Shown here: positions 1-9,419 of the stretch, piece by piece | Position numbering within the stretch: the stretch's first letter is position 1 | Layout of the letters: every line of letters begins with the position of its first letter | Source of the DNA: an uncultured virus (IMG/VR IMGVR_UViG_3300027704_000023) | Taxonomy: Duplodnaviria; Heunggongvirae; Uroviricota; Caudoviricetes; Crassvirales | Direction: 5' to 3' (one strand) | Virus record (IMG/VR): IMGVR_UViG_3300027704_000023 | Length of the DNA: 20,000 nt | The notes under the pieces: model-generated | Told to the model about the DNA's origin: nothing | The model's input: only the letters and a program-made list of their open reading frames with translations | Databases searched by the model: none | Program-made: the position numbers and the translations under genes

Positions 1-2
1 TA

Positions 3-527
3 GACTACGTATGTTCTATTGAAGACCTGTTTGTAGGTGAAGCAGATGTTGAAGGAGTGTTGACCGCATGGGATATTTCAGTAAATGTTCCAGACGTTGC
101 TATTTTAACTGGAAACGGATCAATTGCTTTGTTTGTGGATAACACTGGCGTAGCTTATTATTTAAGTTTTGCGAATGAAGCATGGGTGCTAGTTTTGTTT
201 ACAGAATATTCTTATCAGACATCAAATGTATTTATATATAGTTATAATAGCGACAATACTATAACGTTAGCCGTGGGACCTGATTACGCTTTAGGCACTT
301 TAGATAATGCTTTTACAGGGGCTAACTGGTCGAGCGGAGTAAAACTTTTTAATGCTTCTGACCCGTCAGTCAATGGTGACCCTATGAGAGGTCAGTATTT
401 AAGATTAGATTTAGTAAACTCACAAAAAACTCCTGTAGAGACATATGCTATAAACGTGGACTTTGAGAACACAAAACTAGACGGTAGTAAACCTGCAGTA
501 AAAAAGGCCTCACCTGCTAAAAAGTAA
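3..527 (+). CDS. C-terminal part of phage tail stabilization/muzzle-like protein (5'-truncated by window)
   Basis: Frame is open from position 3 (DYVCSIEDLF...), so the track start at 57 is internal. C-terminal motif VNGDPMRGQYLRLDLVN...YAINVDF resembles ends of crAss-like/flavophage tail stabilization proteins; lies directly upstream of internal virion genes. Confidence 0.55.
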   Translation, partial: DYVCSIEDLFVGEADVEGVLTAWDISVNVPDVAILTGNGSIALFVDNTGVAYYLSFANEAWVLVLFTEYSYQTSNVFIYSYNSDNTITLAVGPDYALGTLDNAFTGANWSSGVKLFNASDPSVNGDPMRGQYLRLDLVNSQKTPVETYAINVDFENTKLDGSKPAVKKASPAKK

Positions 528-540
528 CCCTTTTTTGTAG

Positions 541-548
541 TATTTTTG
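541..548 (+). promoter_or_regulatory. Putative Bacteroidota sigma70 -7 promoter element (TATTTTTG)
   Basis: Matches TAnnTTTG in the only intergenic gap of the + strand module, 27 nt before the ATG at 576; no clear -33 TTTG. Confidence 0.45.
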
Positions 549-575
549 TACAAACTGTAATAACATGAAGAATTA

Positions 576-1745
576 ATGTACGATCAAAATGGAAATTACA
601 TTGGGCCGAGCAATATAGATTTTGGAAATAGTAATACTTACTCCAGTTCAAGCGGAAATACTTATAATGAGGGAGTGCTCACAGGCTACACTGGTCCTAA
701 CAACAGCGGTGGTAACAATAGATCTTTTAATGCAAGTGCTGAGGATTGGAGTTCTATAGGCTCGGGATTATCTACTTTCAGTAGCGGATTGGCTGATTTC
801 TTTACAGCTGGAGATCGAATAACAACGCAAGAAGGTTTTAGAGGGGAAGCTGAAAGAGATATAGATAAGTTCTATTCAGACGTTGAGGCGGGTAATTACG
901 ATGCTCGGATGAATCAGAAGATGTTTGATGCCTTCAGTGTAGGTAGACGAGGCTTAGATATTAATCCTTCTTTATCAACACTAGCAACTTCATTAGACTC
1001 AGCTCAAAACGATCCTAGAACGATGGCGGCGGCTTTACCTGGGTTAAATACTTCAGCTACAAAAGGGTTGCAGGGATTACAACAACAAGAATTTCAAAAC
1101 GAGCTTGGTTCAAGGATGACTGAAGGGCAAGCCTATCAAGGATTAGATGCTGATAACTTAGCTTTCTCAAGAGGGATTTACGGGCAGAAACTACAAGGAG
1201 ATCAAGCAGCATTCGGTCAAGCTCAACAAAATATAGCCTCTCTTGAAGCGGCTAAGGCTGCAGCACCCTACGAGATGATTAGTGGAGGTTTACAAACCGT
1301 AGCGGGAATTTACGGGGGGTTTGCAGAGGACGGGATGAAGATACCAGAATATCAAGAAGGAGGCGATGTAATGCAGCAAATACTAGCCTCTCAAGGACAA
1401 GAGTCTGGAGTACCACCAAGACAAAACCTTCCAGGAGAGGAAGACCACGAGTCCAATCCTATAAGTATGGTGACTGAAAACGGAGAGGTAGTGGGAGAAG
1501 CTACTGGAGGGGAGATAATTCTTAACGGAGAACAAACAGAAAATATAGAGACCGCAGTAGCAGAAGTAGACAAGAAGGTGCAATCTGGAGAAGAGCCCTC
1601 TATGGAGGCTCTTATGGCCCTCTACGAAGCTGTTAGTGGTGTTTTATCTAAACCGCAATTCCAAGACGAACAGCAAGCTCCTGAGGTTGATTCAGCTAAA
1701 GAGAGAATGATGATGATGTTGGAGGGTGGCGAACAAATGGCATAA
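576..1745 (+). CDS. Putative internal virion (cargo/ejection) protein, 389 aa
   Basis: G/S/N-rich N-terminus, Gly-rich hydrophobic segments (SGGLQTVAGIYGG), FAEDG/YQEGG/LEGG motifs and a GEEDHESNPI...GEATGGEII motif, as seen in Bacteroidota phage cargo proteins; position after the tail gene. Confidence 0.5.
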   Translation: MYDQNGNYIGPSNIDFGNSNTYSSSSGNTYNEGVLTGYTGPNNSGGNNRSFNASAEDWSSIGSGLSTFSSGLADFFTAGDRITTQEGFRGEAERDIDKFYSDVEAGNYDARMNQKMFDAFSVGRRGLDINPSLSTLATSLDSAQNDPRTMAAALPGLNTSATKGLQGLQQQEFQNELGSRMTEGQAYQGLDADNLAFSRGIYGQKLQGDQAAFGQAQQNIASLEAAKAAAPYEMISGGLQTVAGIYGGFAEDGMKIPEYQEGGDVMQQILASQGQESGVPPRQNLPGEEDHESNPISMVTENGEVVGEATGGEIILNGEQTENIETAVAEVDKKVQSGEEPSMEALMALYEAVSGVLSKPQFQDEQQAPEVDSAKERMMMMLEGGEQMA

Positions 1746-3397
1746 TGGCTAATTACAATTACGTAGCACCTATACAGTACAAGAGTTATTCAGATATGAA
1801 TAAAGAGCGCCTTGCTGCGAAAGCGGCTCAAGAGGCGGCTGGTCTTAAGCAAAAATCTGCAATCGATACACGTAAGCAGAAGTTTTACGATAAGATGACA
1901 GGGTATAAAACGGCTGGTTGGGCGGATTATCATAGAAATGAATATGACACGCTGATTAAAAGCGCTCTTTCTGAGGTGTCTTTAAGCCCAAATCCTGATT
2001 ACGGTGGTATGTCTGATGCTATTATGCGCATGCAAGAGATGGGAGATAACCACGCAAGGTTAAGAGACGGGCAGACTGAATACAACTCCTATATGGGGGA
2101 GAACGCACCTAACTACGATGCTGATTTAGATTGGGGTATGAGTGCTACTCACGATACATTAGGGTACGATAAAAGGCTTACGACGTTTAACACTTTAGGG
2201 TTGTTAAACTATAGTAACGGAAGGGGAGATTTCCCTAACCCAAGCTACGACCCTTCAGCTGAAGAGGGCACATCGGGGAGTTTTAAATCTATGCGGGATT
2301 TACTTAATAGTAAAGGTGTAGATATACAGATGTCTAATGGACGGGAGGTTTACGCTGATGAAGACGGTCAATTAAAACCAATTAGCGGGAGCGCTTTTGA
2401 TGTAGCTACGGAACAGTTCTCTGGGTTATGGAACCCTACCTTGAGCGCTATTGATAATATAACCGCTGAGGATGCCTTTTTTGGTTACTCCAACATACCA
2501 GGGGGAAAAGCTAAATTTGAAAATCACGCCAATACTTTAAATAATCAAGTGGGTGATAAGGAGGTTACTTATGAAGCTGCTAAAGAAAACTTAAAGGCGG
2601 ATATATTAAACTACGTCGATCCTAATGGAGTGAGTCCAGATAAGTCTCTTATATCCTCTGCTATAACAGCTTACGAAAAGAAACACAACCAAACTTGGAA
2701 TGATATTAAAGATAATGATGCCTTATTATTAACTTACGGGACTCCATGGGAGTTTTTTGCTGATCAAATGGTAGCTGTAGCTAACCTTGATGACCCAGAC
2801 AGCCCGTCAGGTGGAAGTATGAGCGAGTCTATGAGACAAAAATGGGCGGCTTTTTATAGTAAACCTTTAGACATCCCTAACACAAAGTTCACAAGAACGC
2901 CAGTAGGTACAGAAGGGTACAATTGGGAGAAAGCTTTAGAGTACTTTGAAGAAAAAGATGTAGATGTATCTGAAATAGTAGGGCGTATAGATGAAGTTGA
3001 CGAGTTCGGAAATATTACAGGAACTAAAATAGGACTTAAAGAAGATTTAGGGGAGGGTGTTAGAATAGGTATGGGGCAAGCAGATTTAAAGTATGATAAT
3101 GTGCCTGTTCAATCAATAGAAATATTTGATGAAAAGAATATAGTTGTAGTATATGCTAGTGAATACATTCTAGGTAATATTGGTGTACCTGCAGGAGAAG
3201 AAGGTGACCCATGGAGATATAATCCATTATTCGGGGGAAGAGTAGGTGTTGCTCCTTACAGGATAATAAACCTAACAAATCCAGATGGTAGCGAGCATGA
3301 CGATATGGAAACTCTAAGGAACCAATTTCGAAGAACTTACGGAGGAATCGACCCTCTTCAACAAAAAATTATAGAAGCAGAACAAGCTAGAGAGTAA
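1745..3397 (+). CDS. Putative internal virion/ejection protein, 550 aa
   Basis: Long ORF coupled by TAATG overlaps at both ends; N-terminal coiled coil (AAKAAQEAA); middle gene of a three-gene block. Confidence 0.5.
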   Translation: MANYNYVAPIQYKSYSDMNKERLAAKAAQEAAGLKQKSAIDTRKQKFYDKMTGYKTAGWADYHRNEYDTLIKSALSEVSLSPNPDYGGMSDAIMRMQEMGDNHARLRDGQTEYNSYMGENAPNYDADLDWGMSATHDTLGYDKRLTTFNTLGLLNYSNGRGDFPNPSYDPSAEEGTSGSFKSMRDLLNSKGVDIQMSNGREVYADEDGQLKPISGSAFDVATEQFSGLWNPTLSAIDNITAEDAFFGYSNIPGGKAKFENHANTLNNQVGDKEVTYEAAKENLKADILNYVDPNGVSPDKSLISSAITAYEKKHNQTWNDIKDNDALLLTYGTPWEFFADQMVAVANLDDPDSPSGGSMSESMRQKWAAFYSKPLDIPNTKFTRTPVGTEGYNWEKALEYFEEKDVDVSEIVGRIDEVDEFGNITGTKIGLKEDLGEGVRIGMGQADLKYDNVPVQSIEIFDEKNIVVVYASEYILGNIGVPAGEEGDPWRYNPLFGGRVGVAPYRIINLTNPDGSEHDDMETLRNQFRRTYGGIDPLQQKIIEAEQARE

Positions 3398-6300
3398 TGC
3401 CACATATAGAAGAACACATAGAAGAACCACAGGTTCAAGGAGATCCACAAGGATTAGACTATCAAGCTATATATCAGAAGTACTACGATAAAGGCTTTGA
3501 TATAGAGAAAGCTACTAGGAAGATGCGTGTATTGTACGGTGCTAAGCAGCCTGAACTTGATGCGTTAAATACTTTCTATGAGAGTAAAAAAAAAAGTCAA
3601 GACGGTACTACAGCATCGGACTCCAGTTCGGAAGCGGTTTCTACGGTATCTACCTCAGGTACAGCTACTTCGACAGGGCAAGAGAATGGAGATACGGATT
3701 CTACTTTAGCCGCTCCTGAACCTTTATCCCCTGAATTATACGATAGTATAAACCCTACTCCTTTACCAAGGACACTAGTGCATTTAGAGCAGGCTGAAAT
3801 AATAGGTAGAGGGAGACCAGAGAACTGGAAAGATATATATAGAAGTCAGTTTGGGGAGGGGGAAATTTATCAGCTAAAAACAGATAAGATATTCTCTGAG
3901 CAGAGAGATCAAAGTCTTATGGCTTCTTTGAATGCTATCGAGGCGGATTCTTTCAATAGGTGGTACAATAAAAAATTAGAGAACGGTAGGACTAAAACAT
4001 TAGTTGATCAGTATTTAAACTTAGATACAGAAAAAGCTAAAGATCTTAAGAGAAGGCTTTCAAACGATCTCGTTAATAAATATAGCATAAAAGGCGACAT
4101 CATGGATATGCTTGCTTCTCTAGAGGATGCTCCTGAGGGTCAGCTAACTCACCCAGGGTTTGTAAGGAAGTACCAGCTTGGAGTAGACGAAACATCAAAA
4201 AAGTCCTTAAAAAAAATAGAGAACGACTTCGGGAATTTCTATAGAGATATGGTAAAGGCTTCTTTACCTTATAGTGTTCAGAAGAGCGAGAGTCAACTCA
4301 AAGACTTAGAGTATTACTTTAAGTACGGTAATGGAGATCTGTTTGATTTTACTGAAGATGGAGAGATAGGTAATCAAACGTGGTGGAGCCAGAATCAACT
4401 TAGTGCTGAGGTAGCTGGGATGACCTTAGTTAATAAAGTAGTCTTCTTGGGGAGTAGAGTCGGTGGGTGGATGGCAGATTTAGTGGATTCAGATAAGAAT
4501 GTTAACCGTATGTCTGGTGTTATGGGGGATGCTGTAAGAAGCGCTGCAGACACTAACATAGAAAAAAGAGAAAAGTCTTTAGAGGAGATTAGAGGGAGGA
4601 TGAATACTTTTGAAGAGGGAATATCTAAAAGTTACGGGGAGTTTTTTACAACAGGAAATCTTACGTCTTTAAACAACGCTCTAGAACAGTCTTGGTATAT
4701 GACTGTAGAGGCCGCGCCTCAAATAGGTTTGGCTGTAGCGGCTGGGGCTATGGGGATGGGACCAACAGGTATTGCTTTACTCTTAACTGCTGACGGGACA
4801 GCGCAGGAAGCTATGATGATAAGGAATGACATATCCTTTGATGACTTCGTAAAACCAGAAAGCGTACCCAAGATTGAAAAGATTAAAGAGAAGATTGATA
4901 GGATCTTAAAAATAAGAGAAGGAGAGATTGATCTTCCTTTTGCTTCAGGGGATATAGAGGGTGACATGAAGACTAGAGAGAACTATCAAGCGAAGGAATT
5001 ACAAACGTTAAGGGAATTTCTTAGAAAAGAAATCAGAGAATCTAAGCTGAGTTACGATGAAGCTATATCTACTATAGAGATTTCCGAAGGTGACACTCAA
5101 GAAGATGTAGAGAATAAGCTTAAAGCAAAGTACAATATAGAACTCAACAATTCTAATAGAACGATGTACTTAAGTAGTACGGCTGCTGTAGATTTTGCTG
5201 CGGATAGAATTATGTTCGGGATATTTAGACGAGCGTTTAGAGGTGCTGACTTTGGACAGGATGCCACTATAAAAACCTACGCTAAAAACATCCTTAGAGG
5301 ATCAGGCATAGCATTACCAGAATCTGCTATACCTACATTTCTTAGTGTGTTAAACAGAGAGTACCAAAAGTCTGAATATACTGACTCGGATTTCGATTCA
5401 CAACAAGCTTTTGAAGCATCGTTAGATGCAACGTTAGGAACTATTCTTTTAGGGCCAGGTATGCACACTGCAGGTAGTTCATTAGCTTATACAAAACATC
5501 TAGGGAGGTCTAGAATTGGACCAGATGGTACGAATGTTTATCACCGTAGAATAATTGATGAGTTAAATAAAAAGGCTTCAGATCCTGATATTAATTCTAA
5601 AGACCGAGAGCAGGCTATAAAACTTGCAGCGAAGTTTAAGAAGGACGGGGTGTTAATCTTTGAGAAGAACACAGCTCTATATGATTATATAGGTAAGAAA
5701 GATCCAGCTTCGTTAGACGAGATAGCTAATCTTCACCTTCAAGCTGAAAGCCTTCTTAGAAGCTTAAAGGGGGTAGAGGACCCTAACATTAAAATCCTAA
5801 TGAGAGATGAACTTGCTAGTATAATAAGCAGAAAATCCAAAATAGAAGCAGAGTTTAAAGAAGGCTTTGAGGCTCAGTACGACCATAGCTATGTACGTCA
5901 GAAGTTTGAGGATGGAAAAAAAGGGATAGTGGAAGTTAAACCTGACGAACCTACAGTTAAAGCTGACGAACCAGATGCCGATCCATTAGTTAAACCTGAT
6001 GATAGTGAGCCGTTATCTAAGTCTAAAGAGCCTCAAGAAGGCGATGCACGAATGGGTGACGATACAGAGGGTGTTGTAGCAGAAGAAAGAAAGTTATCAG
6101 ATATTAAAGGTGGTAGAGTAAGACAGTTTCTTAGAGACACCTTCAGAAGCGATTCTGGGATAGGAGGAAATAGAGGTTTAAAGTTCTGGAGAAGAAGATC
6201 AGGGGCAAGAGAAAAAGTTGCTGAGACTATTCGTGGTAGAGAAAGAGAGATGAGGGTCATGACTAATCAATTAGGTTTAGACCTTGGGGTTTTAGACGCT

Positions 6301-8982
6301 TTGTATAAAAACTCTGAGTTTGATGTGAATACAGATAGCAAGGGGAATAGGAGAAAAGTAGGTAAGAATGAGTACGATAGGCGTAAAGCAGAGTTAAACA
6401 AATACATGAATGGGGAGGAGGCTCGTATAGCGTTTTTAAGCGATGAAGGGAAGGCTAAGTTGGATTTCCTAAGGGCTAAGGTAGATGGCCTGTCTGGAGA
6501 GATGATAAGGCTCTTAGAAGAGAACCCTACAGATAAAAACAAAGCCTTAGTAGAGACTATTAGAAATAATCAAGGGCAGTACCTTAAAAGAAGTTATGAA
6601 GCCTTTACTGATAACGGAACTTGGATAAAGGATTTTAATAAAAAGAAGCTTTCTAAAACAAAGCAAAAATTGTACGATGATGCGGTGCAGTTTGTTATGG
6701 ACAGCAAAGGTGTAGACCGCCAAAAAGCTAAAGTAGAGGTAAAATCGTATCTTCAAGATCTATACAGTAAGCTAAACGATAAAAGTTTTATCGCGGGTTC
6801 TGGTTTGATTGGGGCTTTAGATTCTAAAGTCTTAAGCGGTAGAAAAGATATACCTGAGCCTTTTAGAAAACTATTAGGGGAGGTCGATAATGTTAGTTTT
6901 AACTACGTAAATACAGTGCACAGATTAGCGGGGTATGTAGCAGACCTTTCTTTTCAGAAAATTTTAAGGTCAGACCTTATTGAAGCAGGGTTAGCTATAG
7001 AAGGTAAAGGGAAAGAGGGTGTACCTTTTCTTACTGGATCGAAATTTAGCGGTTTAGATGGGTTATTTGTAGACCCAGCTTTTCAAGCTATGTATGAAGG
7101 TATGATGCCTTTAACGTCAAACCCTAGTAAATTCTGGAGGATTATGACAGGAATTCAAGGTGTAGTAAAAATTGGTAAGACGGTATACTCTCCTACTACG
7201 ACTTCTAGAAACCTTTTAAGTGGGGTGTTTTTGGGTTTCAACTCAGGTCATTTCTTTGGGACTAATCCCGACATGATAAATCAAGCATCAAAAATAGCTT
7301 GGGGTGTGGAAGAAGGAATAGATATTAATCCCATGACTAGAGAAAGAGATAAACTTATGAGATATGGCATCATAGGTGATGGAGCTAGATCAGGGGAAAT
7401 TATGAGCTTGATGCGCGACTTTACTGACGCTACAGAAGCGCAAAGAATAGCAAAAAAATCTGGGGGAAGTAAATTTAGAAAAGCCGTTAGAAATACCAAT
7501 GAGGCTTCTCAAAAATTATATGCTTACGGTGATGACTTTTACAAAACAGCTGGATTTTACATAGAGACTCAGAGATTTATAGATAGCGGGATGGATAGAG
7601 CTGTAGCAGAGAAAAGAGCTGCAGAAAGGATTCGTGGAGGTTACCCAACATATTCCTATATACCTAAAAATATAAAATGGTTAAGACGATTTCCTCTTAC
7701 GGGTATGTTTGTCTCTTTCCCTTACGAAGTATACAGAACTACCGCAAACAACATGAGGTATGCAGCGCAAGATTTAGCTGAAGGGCGTACTACAATGGGG
7801 ATGAAAAGGATGCTAGGGATGACAACGGCGTCAGCTTTTGGATTCGGTATGTTTAGTGCTACAAAAGATTTATTTGACTATACTGAAGAGGAACTTGATG
7901 CAATAAGGATTTTAGGGCCAGATTACCAAGCTAATTCACAACCTATTTTTTTACCTAGGGGAGAGGCAAACGAGATAAAATTTATAGACGCTCAAGCGAT
8001 ACTACCAAATGAGGCTATATGGAAACCTATAAGATCTTTAATATTACAAGGAGACCCTAAGGATGAAGGGTACCTGGACGGTATAGAATCAGCTATATTC
8101 GAGGTCCTTTCTCCAGCTATATCTAAAGACGCTACAGCTAAATTAATTCATGAGTTAATGACTAATAGAAGAGAAGGTAGCGATCAGCCTATATATTATT
8201 GGGATCAAGATTTAAACCCTTTAGAGAACGCTTTAAATAACATACCTGATTTAGGTAGACAGATATTAAAAGGTGTAGGTCCAGGAGCTTATAATAACTT
8301 AGAGGAGTTTTTTAGAGCTAACGATATTGCGCCTGAGGTGTTCGGGGAGAAGTCTACAGTATATAAAGAGACTAAAATGAATGAGTGGATACTTGGATTA
8401 TTCGGTTTCCGTGTAAACACGTTTGATATGAGAGCGGGGATATTACCTAAGATATACGAGGATAGCGAGGATCTTAAGGATTTCACTAACTTCAACTTAA
8501 GTAACAAAGACATAAGGTTACTATCTGATAAACCTATAGAGTATTTAAAAAAGAAAGCTGATCGATACGTAAATAAACAAATACAAGTAGCGAAAAGGGT
8601 TCAACTTTACCCTAGCGTAGCTATAGAGGCTGGGCTTGATCAAGGTGAATTAATAAAAACGTTAGTAAATAGCGGTCTCTCAAAAAAGAACGCAGGTATA
8701 CTCATAGCTAACGCTATAGAAGGTACAAACTTACCTCAGAACCCGAAGTACATAACTCTTAGTCGTATAAAAAGTGTATTAACATCTGTGGAAAACGCTC
8801 ACAGGGGGACCAAAGCAGAGTTAAAAGAAAAAACAGACGCAGTTATGGAGGCTATGTTCTTATCTAACGTAATGATTATAGAGAAATGGTCTGAGCAATT
8901 CGAGGACTACGACATAAAAAATGACGAAGAGGAAGACAATCAAGATTTCCGTGGACAGTATTTAAACGAAAACAAACCATGA
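3397..8982 (+). CDS. Large internal virion/DNA ejection protein, 1861 aa
   Basis: Largest ORF, last before the holin. Hydrophobic Gly/Ala segments (PQIGLAVAAGAMGMGPTGIALLL); C-half motifs KTVYSPTTTSRN, YAYGDDFYK and YPTYSYIP...LRRFPLTGMFVSFPYE typical of large podovirus ejection proteins. Confidence 0.65.
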   Translation: MPHIEEHIEEPQVQGDPQGLDYQAIYQKYYDKGFDIEKATRKMRVLYGAKQPELDALNTFYESKKKSQDGTTASDSSSEAVSTVSTSGTATSTGQENGDTDSTLAAPEPLSPELYDSINPTPLPRTLVHLEQAEIIGRGRPENWKDIYRSQFGEGEIYQLKTDKIFSEQRDQSLMASLNAIEADSFNRWYNKKLENGRTKTLVDQYLNLDTEKAKDLKRRLSNDLVNKYSIKGDIMDMLASLEDAPEGQLTHPGFVRKYQLGVDETSKKSLKKIENDFGNFYRDMVKASLPYSVQKSESQLKDLEYYFKYGNGDLFDFTEDGEIGNQTWWSQNQLSAEVAGMTLVNKVVFLGSRVGGWMADLVDSDKNVNRMSGVMGDAVRSAADTNIEKREKSLEEIRGRMNTFEEGISKSYGEFFTTGNLTSLNNALEQSWYMTVEAAPQIGLAVAAGAMGMGPTGIALLLTADGTAQEAMMIRNDISFDDFVKPESVPKIEKIKEKIDRILKIREGEIDLPFASGDIEGDMKTRENYQAKELQTLREFLRKEIRESKLSYDEAISTIEISEGDTQEDVENKLKAKYNIELNNSNRTMYLSSTAAVDFAADRIMFGIFRRAFRGADFGQDATIKTYAKNILRGSGIALPESAIPTFLSVLNREYQKSEYTDSDFDSQQAFEASLDATLGTILLGPGMHTAGSSLAYTKHLGRSRIGPDGTNVYHRRIIDELNKKASDPDINSKDREQAIKLAAKFKKDGVLIFEKNTALYDYIGKKDPASLDEIANLHLQAESLLRSLKGVEDPNIKILMRDELASIISRKSKIEAEFKEGFEAQYDHSYVRQKFEDGKKGIVEVKPDEPTVKADEPDADPLVKPDDSEPLSKSKEPQEGDARMGDDTEGVVAEERKLSDIKGGRVRQFLRDTFRSDSGIGGNRGLKFWRRRSGAREKVAETIRGREREMRVMTNQLGLDLGVLDALYKNSEFDVNTDSKGNRRKVGKNEYDRRKAELNKYMNGEEARIAFLSDEGKAKLDFLRAKVDGLSGEMIRLLEENPTDKNKALVETIRNNQGQYLKRSYEAFTDNGTWIKDFNKKKLSKTKQKLYDDAVQFVMDSKGVDRQKAKVEVKSYLQDLYSKLNDKSFIAGSGLIGALDSKVLSGRKDIPEPFRKLLGEVDNVSFNYVNTVHRLAGYVADLSFQKILRSDLIEAGLAIEGKGKEGVPFLTGSKFSGLDGLFVDPAFQAMYEGMMPLTSNPSKFWRIMTGIQGVVKIGKTVYSPTTTSRNLLSGVFLGFNSGHFFGTNPDMINQASKIAWGVEEGIDINPMTRERDKLMRYGIIGDGARSGEIMSLMRDFTDATEAQRIAKKSGGSKFRKAVRNTNEASQKLYAYGDDFYKTAGFYIETQRFIDSGMDRAVAEKRAAERIRGGYPTYSYIPKNIKWLRRFPLTGMFVSFPYEVYRTTANNMRYAAQDLAEGRTTMGMKRMLGMTTASAFGFGMFSATKDLFDYTEEELDAIRILGPDYQANSQPIFLPRGEANEIKFIDAQAILPNEAIWKPIRSLILQGDPKDEGYLDGIESAIFEVLSPAISKDATAKLIHELMTNRREGSDQPIYYWDQDLNPLENALNNIPDLGRQILKGVGPGAYNNLEEFFRANDIAPEVFGEKSTVYKETKMNEWILGLFGFRVNTFDMRAGILPKIYEDSEDLKDFTNFNLSNKDIRLLSDKPIEYLKKKADRYVNKQIQVAKRVQLYPSVAIEAGLDQGELIKTLVNSGLSKKNAGILIANAIEGTNLPQNPKYITLSRIKSVLTSVENAHRGTKAELKEKTDAVMEAMFLSNVMIIEKWSEQFEDYDIKNDEEEDNQDFRGQYLNENKP
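3586..3719 (+). other. A10 slippery run with overlapping -1 frame ORF (candidate recoding site)
   Basis: A10 at 3586-3595; the -1 frame has TAA at 3585-3587, then is open through the run and for 41 codons (3594-3716) to TGA 3717-3719. Confidence 0.45.
5935..6003 (+). repeat. Short imperfect in-frame repeats encoding VKPDEP/VKADEP/VKPDD linker
   Basis: gttaaacctgacgaacc, gttaaagctgacgaacc and gttaaacctgatga within a P/D/E-rich linker. Confidence 0.6.
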
Positions 8983-9419
8983 GCGAAAAGAAGAAAATTA
9001 AAGACACTAAGCTAGGCGCTTGGTTGTCAGAGAAAGCCCCAAGTATACTCGGTGTAGTAGGAGACCTTTTACCAGATAGCGGGGCGTTAGGTGTGGTTAA
9101 AAACCTTATAGATAAGGATGATAGCGTTGACTCTGAAGAGGCTCAGCGTATGATAGATGCCGAAGTGCGCTTTCAAGAGAACGTTACAGAACGTTGGAAA
9201 GCAGATATGGGCAGTGATGTAAAGCTTGCTAAGCTTATACGACCACTAACCCTTATTGTTCTGATGTCTATGTTTATGGTAACTATGGTGGCTGACTCTA
9301 TAGATAGCCTTCCGTTTACCGTAAAGGACTCCTATGTAGACCTGTTACAGATACTTATGATGACTGCCTTTGGAGCTTACTTCGCAGGTAGAACTATAGA
9401 GAAGGCTAAAAACAAATAA
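8979..9419 (+). CDS. Holin, 3TM (GTA-holin-like family)
   Basis: RWKADMxSD...IRPLTL + hydrophobic helix ... AYFAGRTIEK pattern characteristic of 3TM holins; ATGA overlap with the upstream gene. Confidence 0.75.
   Translation: MSEKKKIKDTKLGAWLSEKAPSILGVVGDLLPDSGALGVVKNLIDKDDSVDSEEAQRMIDAEVRFQENVTERWKADMGSDVKLAKLIRPLTLIVLMSMFMVTMVADSIDSLPFTVKDSYVDLLQILMMTAFGAYFAGRTIEKAKNK

Noticed and set aside
134..142. Perfect DnaA box (TGTGGATAA)
   Set aside because: Single copy inside a CDS; compatible with chance in 20 kb of AT-rich DNA; no cluster.
3401..3427. HIEE-HIEE tandem duplication at the start of the large gene
   Set aside because: 12-nt micro-duplication in a probably disordered N-terminus; no evident significance.
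1383..8513. Short - strand ORFs within the structural genes
   Set aside because: Antisense shadows of long + strand genes with S/L/F-biased composition.
3397..8982. Virion RNA polymerase (crAss/N4 type) identity for the 1861-aa protein
   Set aside because: No DFDID/DxDGD or T7-like polymerase motifs seen; motifs fit ejection proteins better.
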